From positions 1,120,001 to 1,184,000 of the forward strand of contig OZ244188.1 in NCBI GenBank assembly GCA_965216635.1: a DNA stretch of 64,000 nt, in the 5' to 3' direction. Below the pieces are notes generated by a model. That model made no database searches. It worked only from the letters and a program-made list of their open reading frames with translations, and was not told the DNA's origin. This document shows, one piece after another, positions 12,673 to 22,271 of this stretch. The stretch is from a bacterium. GTDB taxonomy: Bacteria > SAR324 > XYD2-FULL-50-16 > G965216635. Made by a program: the position numbers and the translations under genes. Every line of letters starts with the position of its first letter. The stretch's first letter is position 1.

Positions 12673-13509
12673 TTAGCCTTTCACAGCACCCTGCACCAAT
12701 CCAGATACAAGCTGCTTTTGAAAAATAAGAATGAGTATTAAAAGAGGAAATACAATAGATACTGCTCCTGTAATACCGTGCATCAGTTTGGTTAAATCAT
12801 CGTCCGAAAAAATATAGTTGGCTAGAGCAGAAGTCATAGTAAGTTTGTCCGCGTTCATCAGTTGGCTAGAAATTAGATAATCGTTATAAGCCAAAAGAAA
12901 GGAAAAAAGCGCCGTTGTAATAACACCGGGCCACATAACAGGCATAATGGCTTTGCGAAAAGCTTGCAGATGAGTACAACCGTCTACTAAAGCAGCCTCG
13001 TCTAGTTCTCGGGGAATGTTGGCAAAAAAAGAACGCAGCATCCAGATAGTAAAGGGCTGGTTTATCGCAACCAAAACTAGAATTAAAGTGTCGTAACGAT
13101 TCCAAATACCCAACGCAAAAAAAGCTGGTTTATACCCCGCCAAAAGAACTACATGGGGCATAGCCCGAAAAATTAAAGCTGTGATAAGCAACCAAAAACC
13201 AAAAGAGCCTTTATAGCGAGAAAGGGCATAACCTGCTAAACAGCCAATAGTCATAGAAATCACAACTGTGCCTAAAGTAATAATGGCGGAATTGATGGAT
13301 TGCATCCAAAAGCTATCCACTATCCAAACTTTATGAAAATGTTCTAAAGTAAATTCAGCAAAGATTTTTGGAGGCTGTGCAAAAGCATCTACTGGTTTTC
13401 TAAAAGAAATTAGAACCATCCAAAAAAAAGGGAAAGCTGCCAAAAATACCCAAACCAAAAGAAAGCTGGAGTTGAGTGATTTTAAGGCAAAAGATTTTTT
13501 TTCTACCAT
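12673..13509 (-). CDS. Carbohydrate ABC permease (MalG-like)
   Basis: IPRELDEAALVDG EAA motif, C-terminal GAVKG. Confidence 0.92.
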   Translation of the reverse strand: MVEKKSFALKSLNSSFLLVWVFLAAFPFFWMVLISFRKPVDAFAQPPKIFAEFTLEHFHKVWIVDSFWMQSINSAIITLGTVVISMTIGCLAGYALSRYKGSFGFWLLITALIFRAMPHVVLLAGYKPAFFALGIWNRYDTLILVLVAINQPFTIWMLRSFFANIPRELDEAALVDGCTHLQAFRKAIMPVMWPGVITTALFSFLLAYNDYLISSQLMNADKLTMTSALANYIFSDDDLTKLMHGITGAVSIVFPLLILILIFQKQLVSGLVQGAVKG

Positions 13510-14543
13510 TATGTCTCTTTAAAAGTTTTTCGTAAAATTGGAATCAGTAAAATCACAATTCCTACAGCATTTAACAAAGCGGAAGCTGCCGCTTTATGAT
13601 AGTTATTTTTTTCGTTGAGTAAATCATAAGTTAGATATTGCAGAGAATTTGCGTACAAATTAGAACCAAAAACAAGCACAGGTTCAAATACACGGTAAGC
13701 ATCCATTAAGTGAATCAAAGTAATGAAAAGAAAGAGAGGCATCAAATGAGGAAAGATAACATAACGTATCCGCTCCCAACGGTTAGCACCGTCCACAACG
13801 GCTGCTTCCATAGAATCTTGAGGCACTGTTTGTAGACCAGCATAAAACACAACAAAAGCAAAAGGAGAAACATGCCAAATTCCATAAAAAATAATCAGAG
13901 TACGGATGGTGAAAGCATCTTTGAGAAAGTAAATTTTTCCAAGTCCAAGTTGTTCTAAGATACTGGCTACAACGGCGTTATCCAAAAAAAGCCAATAAAT
14001 GGATAAAGAACCCACTACAGGTGTAATAATAAATGGAAGTAAAGACGCAAAGATAAGGCTACCTTTTAATGCTTGAATAGAGCTATTGACTGCTAAAGCG
14101 AGCAGAAACCCAAGTATTAAAACAAAAGGGGTCGTTGCAAAAACATAAAGTAAAGTAAATTCTAAAGCTCGCCAAAAAGGAATATCTGTAATTGTAATAT
14201 AAAATTCTTCTAGTTTTTCTGCAAAACTTAACTCTTCTACTGGATAGAAAGATTTGTGGAGTGCCTCTAAATCCAAAACTTCGCTTATATTTTTGCTACC
14301 AACATATTCCCATACTTCAATAGGATTACCTGCTTCATCTAATACAGGTTGGGCAATTACTTCTGTTTTTTCTTGCACTAATCCTCCAAGCAGGGGGCTT
14401 GAAAATTTTACTTCTGTGAGTTTGGTTTTTGTGTGGGAATTAAAAACAGAAAGGTAAAGTACTCCAACTAAAGGCAATGCTATAAGCGCAAACATTACAA
14501 TTACAGAAGGCGATACAAAAAAAAGAAAAGTTTTAAGTTTCAC
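13509..14543 (-). CDS. Carbohydrate ABC permease (MalF-like)
   Basis: EAAVVDGA motif; start likely GTG at 14543 because the ORF-track extension crosses a hairpin. Confidence 0.9.
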   Translation of the reverse strand: MKLKTFLFFVSPSVIVMFALIALPLVGVLYLSVFNSHTKTKLTEVKFSSPLLGGLVQEKTEVIAQPVLDEAGNPIEVWEYVGSKNISEVLDLEALHKSFYPVEELSFAEKLEEFYITITDIPFWRALEFTLLYVFATTPFVLILGFLLALAVNSSIQALKGSLIFASLLPFIITPVVGSLSIYWLFLDNAVVASILEQLGLGKIYFLKDAFTIRTLIIFYGIWHVSPFAFVVFYAGLQTVPQDSMEAAVVDGANRWERIRYVIFPHLMPLFLFITLIHLMDAYRVFEPVLVFGSNLYANSLQYLTYDLLNEKNNYHKAAASALLNAVGIVILLIPILRKTFKET

Positions 14544-14568
14544 ATTTTTTTTTATATTTTTACGAGCC

Positions 14569-14595
14569 CCCATTGCACAACTAGTATGCAATGGG
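14569..14595 (-). terminator. Intercistronic stem-loop after the substrate-binding gene
   Basis: cccattgca-caactagta-tgcaatggg perfect 9-bp stem. Confidence 0.6.
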
Positions 14596-14606
14596 TCTCC
14601 AGTTTG

Positions 14607-15848
14607 TTATTTGATATAACCTTTATCTCTGGCAGCTTGTTCGTATTCAGCAACTGCATCTCTCAATGATTCTTGGGCGCTTTCTTTGTTAGAAAGATAA
14701 TCCCCAATATTATTTCCAAGAGCCGTGTGAATTAGACTCATTTGTGGAGTCAAAGGGTAAGAAGGAGCTCCTTTTTTTAAAGAAGCTATTACGCCTTCAG
14801 CAAAACGAGTTGGTTTGTAGTTAGATCGCAACCAAACAGCCGTATCGTTATTTTCGGCTACAACAGATTCTTTTAAACCTTCCATCATAACTTGAAAAAC
14901 AACATCTGCGTCGCCATCAGAATTTTTAGGAATAGCAAAAGCATCCCACCAAAGAGTAGTAGCAGATTTTTTTCCTTTTGCAGAAGGAGCCGCAGCAAAG
15001 GCTACTTTGCCAACGACCGTAGATTCTTTTTTATCGTCCATTTTTAATGCCCGACTCCCCCAAAGGTTAGCCATTGCAATTTTACCCTGTTGGAATTGCT
15101 GAGTAACCGCAGTGCTATCTAAAGACAGTGCGTTGGGAGACATAAAAGCTAACAAATCTTTCATTAAAGATAAGGTTTTTCTACCAGCACTAGAATTAAA
15201 CTTTGCTCTACCTGTTTTAGGGTCAAAGAACTTTCCATTAAAACCCAAAAAGATATTGTTAAATTCTTGTGCCAAATTCCAGCCTGCTTTATAAGTCCCG
15301 CTCAAAGGAAACTCTATGGAAGATTCGTTCTTCAGTTTTTTAGCAGCAGCAAGTACATCTTTATAGCTTCTCGGCTCCTTGATTTTATTTTTTTTAAAGA
15401 TATCTTTGCGATAAAACAAATGCTGTGCATTGGCTTGAAAAGCAATCGCTATAATATTATTGTCAAATTTAATTAACATACTGTCTTCAATTTTATATTT
15501 TTTGCGATACTTTTTAACAAGATCATTCAAAACTAGAAGTTGTCCTGCCGCTTGAGCTGGAGTAATGGTACTATTGCTAAACTGAATCAAATCGTAAGGA
15601 GATTTATTTGCAGATAAAGCGCTAGGTATTTCTGTTCTGTGATCTTTATTTAATTTATGGCTAACTTTCAAAGAAGAGCTATTGCATTCTTTAAAAGCCT
15701 TACTCAATACTTCCAATACTGGAAAAGAATTAGAAAGAATTTGTACTTCACCTGTTGCAGAAATATTGCACTTTGCAAAAGCTACACTAGGCAAGAAGAG
15801 TAAAATCAATAAAAACAAATTTATTTTGTTTAGAATATATTTTTTCAT
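14607..15848 (-). CDS. ABC substrate-binding protein (sugar/CUT1 family)
   Basis: Signal peptide ending AFA, LFYRKDIF, FQQGKIAM, WWDAFAIPKN. Confidence 0.9.
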   Translation of the reverse strand: MKKYILNKINLFLLILLFLPSVAFAKCNISATGEVQILSNSFPVLEVLSKAFKECNSSSLKVSHKLNKDHRTEIPSALSANKSPYDLIQFSNSTITPAQAAGQLLVLNDLVKKYRKKYKIEDSMLIKFDNNIIAIAFQANAQHLFYRKDIFKKNKIKEPRSYKDVLAAAKKLKNESSIEFPLSGTYKAGWNLAQEFNNIFLGFNGKFFDPKTGRAKFNSSAGRKTLSLMKDLLAFMSPNALSLDSTAVTQQFQQGKIAMANLWGSRALKMDDKKESTVVGKVAFAAAPSAKGKKSATTLWWDAFAIPKNSDGDADVVFQVMMEGLKESVVAENNDTAVWLRSNYKPTRFAEGVIASLKKGAPSYPLTPQMSLIHTALGNNIGDYLSNKESAQESLRDAVAEYEQAARDKGYIK

Positions 15849-15866
15849 AATAATTATGATAAATTA

Positions 15867-16049
15867 AGGTTATAGACTTTTGAATTTGCTTGTCTAGTTT
15901 AGCCATTCGGCTAGCCCCAATAGTGGGGTAAGTAGCAGCGAAATTTAAAGGTCTAGGTTATAGACTTTTGAATTTGCTTGTCTAGTTTAGCCATTCGGCT
16001 AGCCCCAATAGTGGGGTAAGTAGTAGCGAAATTTAAAGGTCTAGGTTAT
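15867..16049. mobile_element. Tandem dimer of an 81-bp AGAC/GTCT element
   Basis: Copies 15874-15954 and 15962-16042 differ by 1 base; aggttat lies before, between and after them. Confidence 0.93.
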
Positions 16050-16101
16050 TAAAAATAAAGCGTAAAAAGATTAGAAATTATCTCTTCTTTTTACAAAACA
16101 T

Positions 16102-16136
16102 AGACTGTTGAATTAGGTATTCTAGTTCAACAATCT
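16102..16136. mobile_element. Miniature AGAC element (ends only)
   Basis: agactgttgaattaggtattctagttcaacaatct hairpin. Confidence 0.65.
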
Positions 16137-16170
16137 CATACATAGTTATTTCATAAGCACTTTAGATTAT

Positions 16171-16289
16171 AGACCTTTGAATTTGCTTGTCAAAGTTTAT
16201 CTTATGCTGTGCTAAAAAAAAATTTTGCACTTATTTCCCATTTGGCTAGCCCCAATAGTGGGGTAAGCAGCAGCGAAATTCAAAGGTCT
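16171..16289. mobile_element. AGAC/GTCT element inserted into the 3' end of the RraA-family gene
   Basis: agacctttgaattt ... aaattcaaaggtct with perfect 7-bp duplication agattat. Confidence 0.92.
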
Positions 16290-16999
16290 AGATTATGTTT
16301 AAAATCAGGTTTATAGTTTGTAAAATCTTCCCACGCCTGCTCTAGTTTTTTAAAGTCAAATCCTTTCTTTCTTGCTGTTTTTAGAATAGGAGCTTCTTTT
16401 TCCATAACAGAAAGAACACATTGAGGCATTTTAGATAAATATTTTTTTTCTATAATCACTGCTCCGTGTCTATCTGCGTGAATTATATCGCGAGGAGAAA
16501 CTCGCAAACCAAATACTTCCACTTCGCAATCTATTTTACTTACCCAAACATGAGCGTGAGAAGGTCCCAAAGAGCCCGCTAATACTTGAAAACAGGGGTC
16601 TAAAGTTCCTAAATCTCTCAAAACTCCATTAGTCAATACTCCTTTTATACCTAAATTTTTATGAATAGCAACATTAATCTCTCCCCAAAAAGCAGAAATA
16701 GGTATTGTGTCTTTATCTTCTATAACCAAAACCGAATTTTCTGCTGCATTTGCAATATAGCGGTAGTAATCCAAACGGAGTTTTTTTACTGCTTTATTGG
16801 TTAAGGGTGAAGGTTGTCTTCCTTGAATTTTTGCAGTGATTGCATAGCCTACAAAAGCCGACAAATTAGCATCAACACAAACAAGTGTACCTACCGTAAA
16901 CCCGCTATTCATTCTTTTACCTACAGCAAGCTCTAGGGCGTTACAAATTGTAGGTGTATCATATTTTGCTAAAAATGCAAAAATTTCTTTTTCTTTCAT
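16280..16999 (-). CDS. RraA/HMG-CHA aldolase family protein
   Basis: DTPTICNAL, FWGEIN, GVLTNGVLRD, DIIHADRHGAVII. Confidence 0.85.
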   Translation of the reverse strand: MKEKEIFAFLAKYDTPTICNALELAVGKRMNSGFTVGTLVCVDANLSAFVGYAITAKIQGRQPSPLTNKAVKKLRLDYYRYIANAAENSVLVIEDKDTIPISAFWGEINVAIHKNLGIKGVLTNGVLRDLGTLDPCFQVLAGSLGPSHAHVWVSKIDCEVEVFGLRVSPRDIIHADRHGAVIIEKKYLSKMPQCVLSVMEKEAPILKTARKKGFDFKKLEQAWEDFTNYKPDFKHNLDL

Positions 17000-17724
17000 A
17001 CCTCACAAAAATAATTCAAAACTATTTTGTTAAATTTTGGTGAATTTTCCAAACAGCTAAGATGTCCAACTTTTTTTAATATTTCTAATTTTGAATTTCT
17101 TATCAACTGATGCATTTCTTGGTGTTGCATAACTGGACAAAGAGTATCATCTTCACCACACAAAATTAAAGTGGGACAATCACTATTTTGCAAAGTTTGA
17201 CTGTAATCTTTTCTGTCTCTCAAAGCAATAGATTGTTTTTCAAATGTATTTTCTCCTAATTTCAAAGCCATTTGTGTCACTAAGGTATAAATTTTTTTTT
17301 TTTTCATATTGTTTTTTCCTAAACTAGGAGAAAGATATTGAGGTTTCATTTTTTCCACCACAAATTTTTTTAACCCCTCTTTTTTGACTTGTTCTATCTC
17401 TGCTTTTCGTTGGACTTTTCTTTTTGGCAATTCTTTTTGGTAGTTTGTATTTGCTAAAACTATAGCTTTCACTCTATTTCTTGCTTGTTTTAAAATCTCC
17501 ATCAAAATAATTCCTCCCATAGAAAGTCCTAAACCAAAAAATTTTTCTGTAGGAATTTTTTTTAAAATTTCTTTAGCTATTTCTTGAATAGTTTGTTTTT
17601 CCAAAGCTTTTGCAGATGGATTCCAGATAAAAAAATTTTGTTGAAAATCTTTATTTTCCCATTGCTCTTGCCAGAGTCTTTCATCACACATCATACCCGG
17701 TATAAAGACTAGAGTTTCTCTCAT
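16996..17724 (-). CDS. Alpha/beta-fold hydrolase
   Basis: PGMMCD, GLSMGG nucleophile elbow, GEDD, GHLS. Confidence 0.88.
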   Translation of the reverse strand: MRETLVFIPGMMCDERLWQEQWENKDFQQNFFIWNPSAKALEKQTIQEIAKEILKKIPTEKFFGLGLSMGGIILMEILKQARNRVKAIVLANTNYQKELPKRKVQRKAEIEQVKKEGLKKFVVEKMKPQYLSPSLGKNNMKKKKIYTLVTQMALKLGENTFEKQSIALRDRKDYSQTLQNSDCPTLILCGEDDTLCPVMQHQEMHQLIRNSKLEILKKVGHLSCLENSPKFNKIVLNYFCEV

Positions 17725-18842
17725 CGTGATTCGTTAAAAAGTTTAACACCTTGACAAAGACTTTCTAGTTTTTTATAAGCTATCTCTCCGTAGACTGTTC
17801 CAAATCCTGCAAAAGTAGCAAACCCGCAATCGCTACCAGCTATTACCCTATCTACTCCCAAAATATCTACAAATTTTTCTACTCTTTGTTTGACCAGTCT
17901 TGGGTGCTCTATAAAGTTTGTAGTGCTATCAATCACACCCGGAATAACGATTAAATCTTCTGGAATTTGAAATTGTTGCCAAGTTTCCCATTCGTGAGCG
18001 TGTCTTGGATTGGAAGATTCTACTAAAAGATAGCCTACATTCATACGTAAAATAGAGGGCAGAATTTTTCTCAATTCTATATCACAATGGTGGGGACCTT
18101 CATAATTTCCCCAACAAACATGCAACCGAACTCTGTTTTTAGGAATGCCGTCTAAAGCAAAAGCAAGACAATTCAAATGCAATTCTAGTTTTTTTAAAAA
18201 TTGCTCATCCGATAGGTCAGAATAAAGTATATGTCTTCCTAAAGCTAAATCAGGAGCATCAATTTGTAAAATCAAACCAGCATCTACTATAGCCCGATAT
18301 TCACATTTCATAATTCTACTAAGTTCTTTCAAATACTCCTCAAAACTATCGTAACAACAGGCTGGTTGGAAAAGAGCAACAACACCAGGAGAAGCAGAAT
18401 TCATAAAACCTTCTTTGTATCCGTGTTTTTTTAAAGCCTTTTGAAAACGAGAAATATCTTTTTGGCAAGGAAGAGTTTTATATTCTGTTAGTTTTGTTAC
18501 GCACTGCGGTCTTTTATAAGTTGGAGTTCCACCACTAGCAGCAATTTTTTTTAAATAAAATGGAAACTGTTGTAGATCTGCTGGGGCTTTTCTAGGGCTA
18601 TCTCCAGCAAAACCATCTACTCTCTCACTAATATAAGTAGCATAAGAAATTTTTGACATTTCTCCATCTGAAGGAATACTAATACCAATCTCTTTTTGTT
18701 TAGCGACAATTTCCATTACAGCTTTGTCAAAAGAAGCTTCTGCGGTTTCGTCTTTTGTTTTCGTTCCAGCTTCTATAGAAAATAATAATTCTGTTATTTC
18801 TTCATTACGGGGCAGACTGCCAACATGGGTGCTTTGAATCAT
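17721..18842 (-). CDS. Cobalamin-independent methionine synthase II family (MetE C-terminal-like / epoxyalkane:CoM transferase-like)
   Basis: STHVGSLPR, LQIDAPDL, RLHVCWGNYEGPH, DCGF Zn ligands; half the length of MetE. Confidence 0.85.
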   Translation of the reverse strand: MIQSTHVGSLPRNEEITELLFSIEAGTKTKDETAEASFDKAVMEIVAKQKEIGISIPSDGEMSKISYATYISERVDGFAGDSPRKAPADLQQFPFYLKKIAASGGTPTYKRPQCVTKLTEYKTLPCQKDISRFQKALKKHGYKEGFMNSASPGVVALFQPACCYDSFEEYLKELSRIMKCEYRAIVDAGLILQIDAPDLALGRHILYSDLSDEQFLKKLELHLNCLAFALDGIPKNRVRLHVCWGNYEGPHHCDIELRKILPSILRMNVGYLLVESSNPRHAHEWETWQQFQIPEDLIVIPGVIDSTTNFIEHPRLVKQRVEKFVDILGVDRVIAGSDCGFATFAGFGTVYGEIAYKKLESLCQGVKLFNESR

Positions 18843-18883
18843 TTTATTTTTTTTATAATCAAACTTACAAGAGGTTGCTGTTT

Positions 18884-19888
18884 TTACAAAAATACAGGCT
18901 TCTGGGGATTATCCCCACCTCGCACAACAAAAGAGTGAGACTTTTCAGAAGAAGATCGGAATATTCTTTCTTCATCTTTAGGAACACTAAACTGGTCTCC
19001 TGCATTTAAAACAACTTCTCCTTGTTCTAATTGAATTTGTAAAATTCCACTTTGTTGCAGAATTACTTCTTCTTCTTTTCTTATATGCTTTGCTATTTCA
19101 CTACCGTTTTCCATAACAAGCTGTCTAAGATTAAACCCGTGTTGCCACCAACCAGAAATAGGACCCTTTGAGAATCCGTCATCGGTTACTTGAGGAGTAA
19201 TAATAGCGCATTCCATTACACCCTTTGTTTTTAAAAGAGAAAATTCATTATTTAGCAAATCTTCAGCACGAGCAATACAGGATTTCATAGAGTCCATATC
19301 AGGAGTCTTTAAAGCAGCTATTTCTGCTTCTGTAGGAGGTTTTTCTTTTTCTGCGCCTTCAGGGATTGTCTCTCCTATTGTCGTATCAATAAGTTTACCT
19401 CCTTTTAAAAGAACCAATCCGTATTTTTCAGCTAACTCAAAAACCGAAGGAGCCCAAACTACTTTACCTGGTTTATTTCCTCCTAAAACTGCAAAAAGAT
19501 AACTTGTAGCATCGCCTATATTCTCAAAACCACGAAACATTTTTGTAGGTAGTGAAATGGTATCTCCTTCGTTTAGATCCAAATAACCATCTTCGCGATT
19601 CGCTCCAAGAAAAAACCTCCATTTTCCATTATGAACAATAAAAACTTCTGCCGTATCGTGGCTATGTTGTGAATTCAAACAACCCGCGGGTTGTCTTGCT
19701 CCTCCGATATTGAATCCGTGAGGTAACGGAATATGCACATGTTGATTTGGATTTTCCGAAACTCCAGGCCCTATCACAGTAAAATTTTCTTTTTGGTTAG
19801 ACCCTGGGGTGCGAGAATCTACAAAAGCATTTTTGCAGGGTATCAAATCTGCGTATTTTACTAGTCTGTCTTGATATGGATTTTTCAT
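18884..19888 (-). CDS. Bicupin-domain protein
   Basis: NSQHSHDTAEVFIVH and HIRKEEEV cupin motifs. Confidence 0.75.
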   Translation of the reverse strand: MKNPYQDRLVKYADLIPCKNAFVDSRTPGSNQKENFTVIGPGVSENPNQHVHIPLPHGFNIGGARQPAGCLNSQHSHDTAEVFIVHNGKWRFFLGANREDGYLDLNEGDTISLPTKMFRGFENIGDATSYLFAVLGGNKPGKVVWAPSVFELAEKYGLVLLKGGKLIDTTIGETIPEGAEKEKPPTEAEIAALKTPDMDSMKSCIARAEDLLNNEFSLLKTKGVMECAIITPQVTDDGFSKGPISGWWQHGFNLRQLVMENGSEIAKHIRKEEEVILQQSGILQIQLEQGEVVLNAGDQFSVPKDEERIFRSSSEKSHSFVVRGGDNPQKPVFL

Positions 19889-19918
19889 TTTTCAAATTGT
19901 TGAATTGGTTAATAATAG

Positions 19919-19949
19919 AGACCTTTGAATTTGGCAAATTCAAAAGTCT
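19919..19949. mobile_element. Minimal AGAC/GTCT element (31 bp, two TIRs only)
   Basis: agacctttgaatttg-g-caaattcaaaagtct; flanks ataatag/ataataa. Confidence 0.85.
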
Positions 19950-20919
19950 ATAATAAATTGAGATAAATTTGTTCAAACACAGCCACTTCGTCTATCAAAT
20001 GCCATTCACAAATGACTTTATCTTGATATAGATAGGCTTGAGAAATTCCTAAAATATAAATAGGAGCAAAACTAGGTGCTCCAAAATAACCACTTCCGGT
20101 ATGTTGAGCACAAACCGACCAGCGAGCCGCCACTTTAGTGGGTAATCCTAGAATAGACTCTTCTGCCAAATGATCTATACTAAATTTGACACTACTAAAA
20201 GAACTCAGATAGCCAAAATAAAATTGATGTAGCATTTCGTGTCCGTATAGAGTGCGAGAATTGGGAACTTCACTGCGGACTGCTGCGACATATTTATTTG
20301 TAATTTCTGTTAATTTTCCTTTCCAAATGTTTTTTAAAGTTTGAACGTAATCACTCGCTTTACTACCATCCAGTAATAAATTTTCCTTGAAGTTTTCACA
20401 CTTCATAAGGTGAAATTTTTTTACCTTGTTTTTATTTTTTAGAGCTAATTTTTTAGCATAATCTTTAAAATCTATACCCAATTGTGTAAGCAAACCGCTT
20501 AAATCTCTAATTAACCATTCTTCTATAACTTGAGCTTTTCTTATCAAACAATCCGCAATTCCTCTAATAACTACTCGCTTTCCATTGGCTTTTCCAAAAA
20601 GCCCATCCCCAGTTTTTTGCATTACATTCATAATACGATGAGAAGAATAAAGCTCATTGTTTTTCTCTTGTTTAGGTATTATATCTTCAGGCAATAATCT
20701 GCGATTAGGAAAAGCATTGAGCATTTCCAAAGTAGATAAAACTACATTTTCTACTCCTTCTTGGTAGTCATTAGGAAGGTGCATTTTTACATTTTGGCAA
20801 TAATAACGGCGAATGCTATCTATATCTCTTTCTTCCCAAATGCGGTGTGTGATTTTTATAATAAAATCTTCCAAGTCTTTAAATTCAGAATCAAATCCTT
20901 CAGGAAGTTTAATACTCAT
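19948..20919 (-). CDS. Tandem SnoaL-like/ester cyclase protein
   Basis: ITHRIWEER, AFPNRRLLPEDII, EEWLIRD, ARWS..HTGSG, EWHLIDE. Confidence 0.8.
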   Translation of the reverse strand: MSIKLPEGFDSEFKDLEDFIIKITHRIWEERDIDSIRRYYCQNVKMHLPNDYQEGVENVVLSTLEMLNAFPNRRLLPEDIIPKQEKNNELYSSHRIMNVMQKTGDGLFGKANGKRVVIRGIADCLIRKAQVIEEWLIRDLSGLLTQLGIDFKDYAKKLALKNKNKVKKFHLMKCENFKENLLLDGSKASDYVQTLKNIWKGKLTEITNKYVAAVRSEVPNSRTLYGHEMLHQFYFGYLSSFSSVKFSIDHLAEESILGLPTKVAARWSVCAQHTGSGYFGAPSFAPIYILGISQAYLYQDKVICEWHLIDEVAVFEQIYLNLL

Positions 20920-20942
20920 TATATTTTTGCTGATAATAGATT

Positions 20943-20993
20943 AGACCTTTGAATCCGCTCCCAACGGTTAGCATAACACAAATTCAAAGGTCT
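20943..20993. mobile_element. Short AGAC/GTCT element
   Basis: agacctttgaat ... aattcaaaggtct, 51 bp. Confidence 0.8.
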
Positions 20994-21058
20994 ATACTAA
21001 ACGGTTGTTTTTAAAAAATATATTTCCTGCGCCCAATGATCAGAACAGTAAAAGTTTT

Positions 21059-21814
21059 TTATTGAGCTGTCCAACCCCCATCTACCATCAAAGCTGAACC
21101 TGTGATCAAAGAAGCAGCATCGGAAGCTAAAAACACTACTGGACCCACCAATTCTTCTATTTTTCCAATTCTTCCAAAAGCAATTTTTTGCTTTACTTCC
21201 TTTATAAAATTTTTATCTTCAAACATAGGTTTTGTCATTGGGGTTTCTATAAAAGTAGGGCAGACTGTATTGATACGAATATTGTATTTCCCCCACTCCC
21301 AAGCCATAGCTTTTGTAAAACCTTCTACTGCGTGTTTGGTGGCACAGTAGACACTTCGTAAGGGGGCTCCTACATGACCCATTTGTGAAGAAATATTGAT
21401 AATAGAGCCCGCCTGTTTTTTTTGGATCAATTTTTTTGCTACAGTTCTTGCTATAAAAAAAGCAGATTTGAGATTTAAGTCCACTAAATAATCAAAAGTT
21501 TCTTCCTTCACATCCAAAACCATTGCTAGTTTATTTGTACCAGCATTATTTACTAAAATTTGAAAAGGCTCATTTTTTTCAATAAATTGCACTACCTTTT
21601 TCAAATCCATTACATCCAAAGTATTTATTTTAATAGGAAAACCCTTTTTTTCTGCATCCCTACTTAGTTTTTCTAAATCATTTTTCGTTCTAGCCACAGC
21701 GGTCACAGCCGCTCCAAAACTCGCCAAACCTAAAGCTAAAGAATAACCTATGCCACGGCTAGCACCTGTAACTAAGGCATTCTTCTTTGATAAAGAAAAT
21801 AGAGAACTATACAT
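21059..21814 (-). CDS. Short-chain dehydrogenase/reductase (possibly HpsO role)
   Basis: TGASRGIG, NNAG, YCATK, VDGGWT. Confidence 0.9.
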   Translation of the reverse strand: MYSSLFSLSKKNALVTGASRGIGYSLALGLASFGAAVTAVARTKNDLEKLSRDAEKKGFPIKINTLDVMDLKKVVQFIEKNEPFQILVNNAGTNKLAMVLDVKEETFDYLVDLNLKSAFFIARTVAKKLIQKKQAGSIINISSQMGHVGAPLRSVYCATKHAVEGFTKAMAWEWGKYNIRINTVCPTFIETPMTKPMFEDKNFIKEVKQKIAFGRIGKIEELVGPVVFLASDAASLITGSALMVDGGWTAQ

Positions 21815-21982
21815 TTTAAATTTATTCTTTGGTTTCTAACTAGATCTAGCATATTATCATAAAAACAACCAGAGAATAAGTCTATAGTTTCAAAAACTGG
21901 TTGTTTTACAACTAGATTTTAGTCTTTTTTTCTAGTATTATTCAAGATAATAATGACTTTTTAAGAGACTACTAAATTATCT

Positions 21983-22198
21983 AGACTTTTGAATTTGCCA
22001 AATAGGACAAAACTAGCTGTTTAGCCTATGCAGCGTTGAAAAAAATTTTGAAGCAGTTTTTTTCAACCTATTGAGAATTAAAAAGAAAATTTTAGAGCTC
22101 GTTCAAAAAGTTTTGACTTTTTTACTAGAATAGGTTAAAAATTCTCCTATAAGTAGGATTAGAGAGCTTTGTTAGCGTTCTGTTTAGCCAAAGGTCTC
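21983..22198. mobile_element. Truncated element (from 21983) and miniature element (22162-22198)
   Basis: agacttttgaatttgccaaataggacaaaactagctgt matches the left arm at 25568/29842; gagagctttg...ccaaaggtctc. Confidence 0.65.
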
Positions 22199-22271
22199 GG
22201 ATTAGAAATCGTTTTTTAGAAATGTAGGGGGATTCTAAAAAATCTTAAACTTTATTATACAAAATAAAATT

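Noticed and set aside
17721..18842. Canonical metE
   Set aside because: Only the C-terminal catalytic-type domain, embedded in a catabolic cluster.
5774..22198. Integron attC cassette array
   Set aside because: Elements end in AGAC/GTCT with target duplications rather than RYYYAAC/GTTRRRY; orientation is mixed; no integrase is present.
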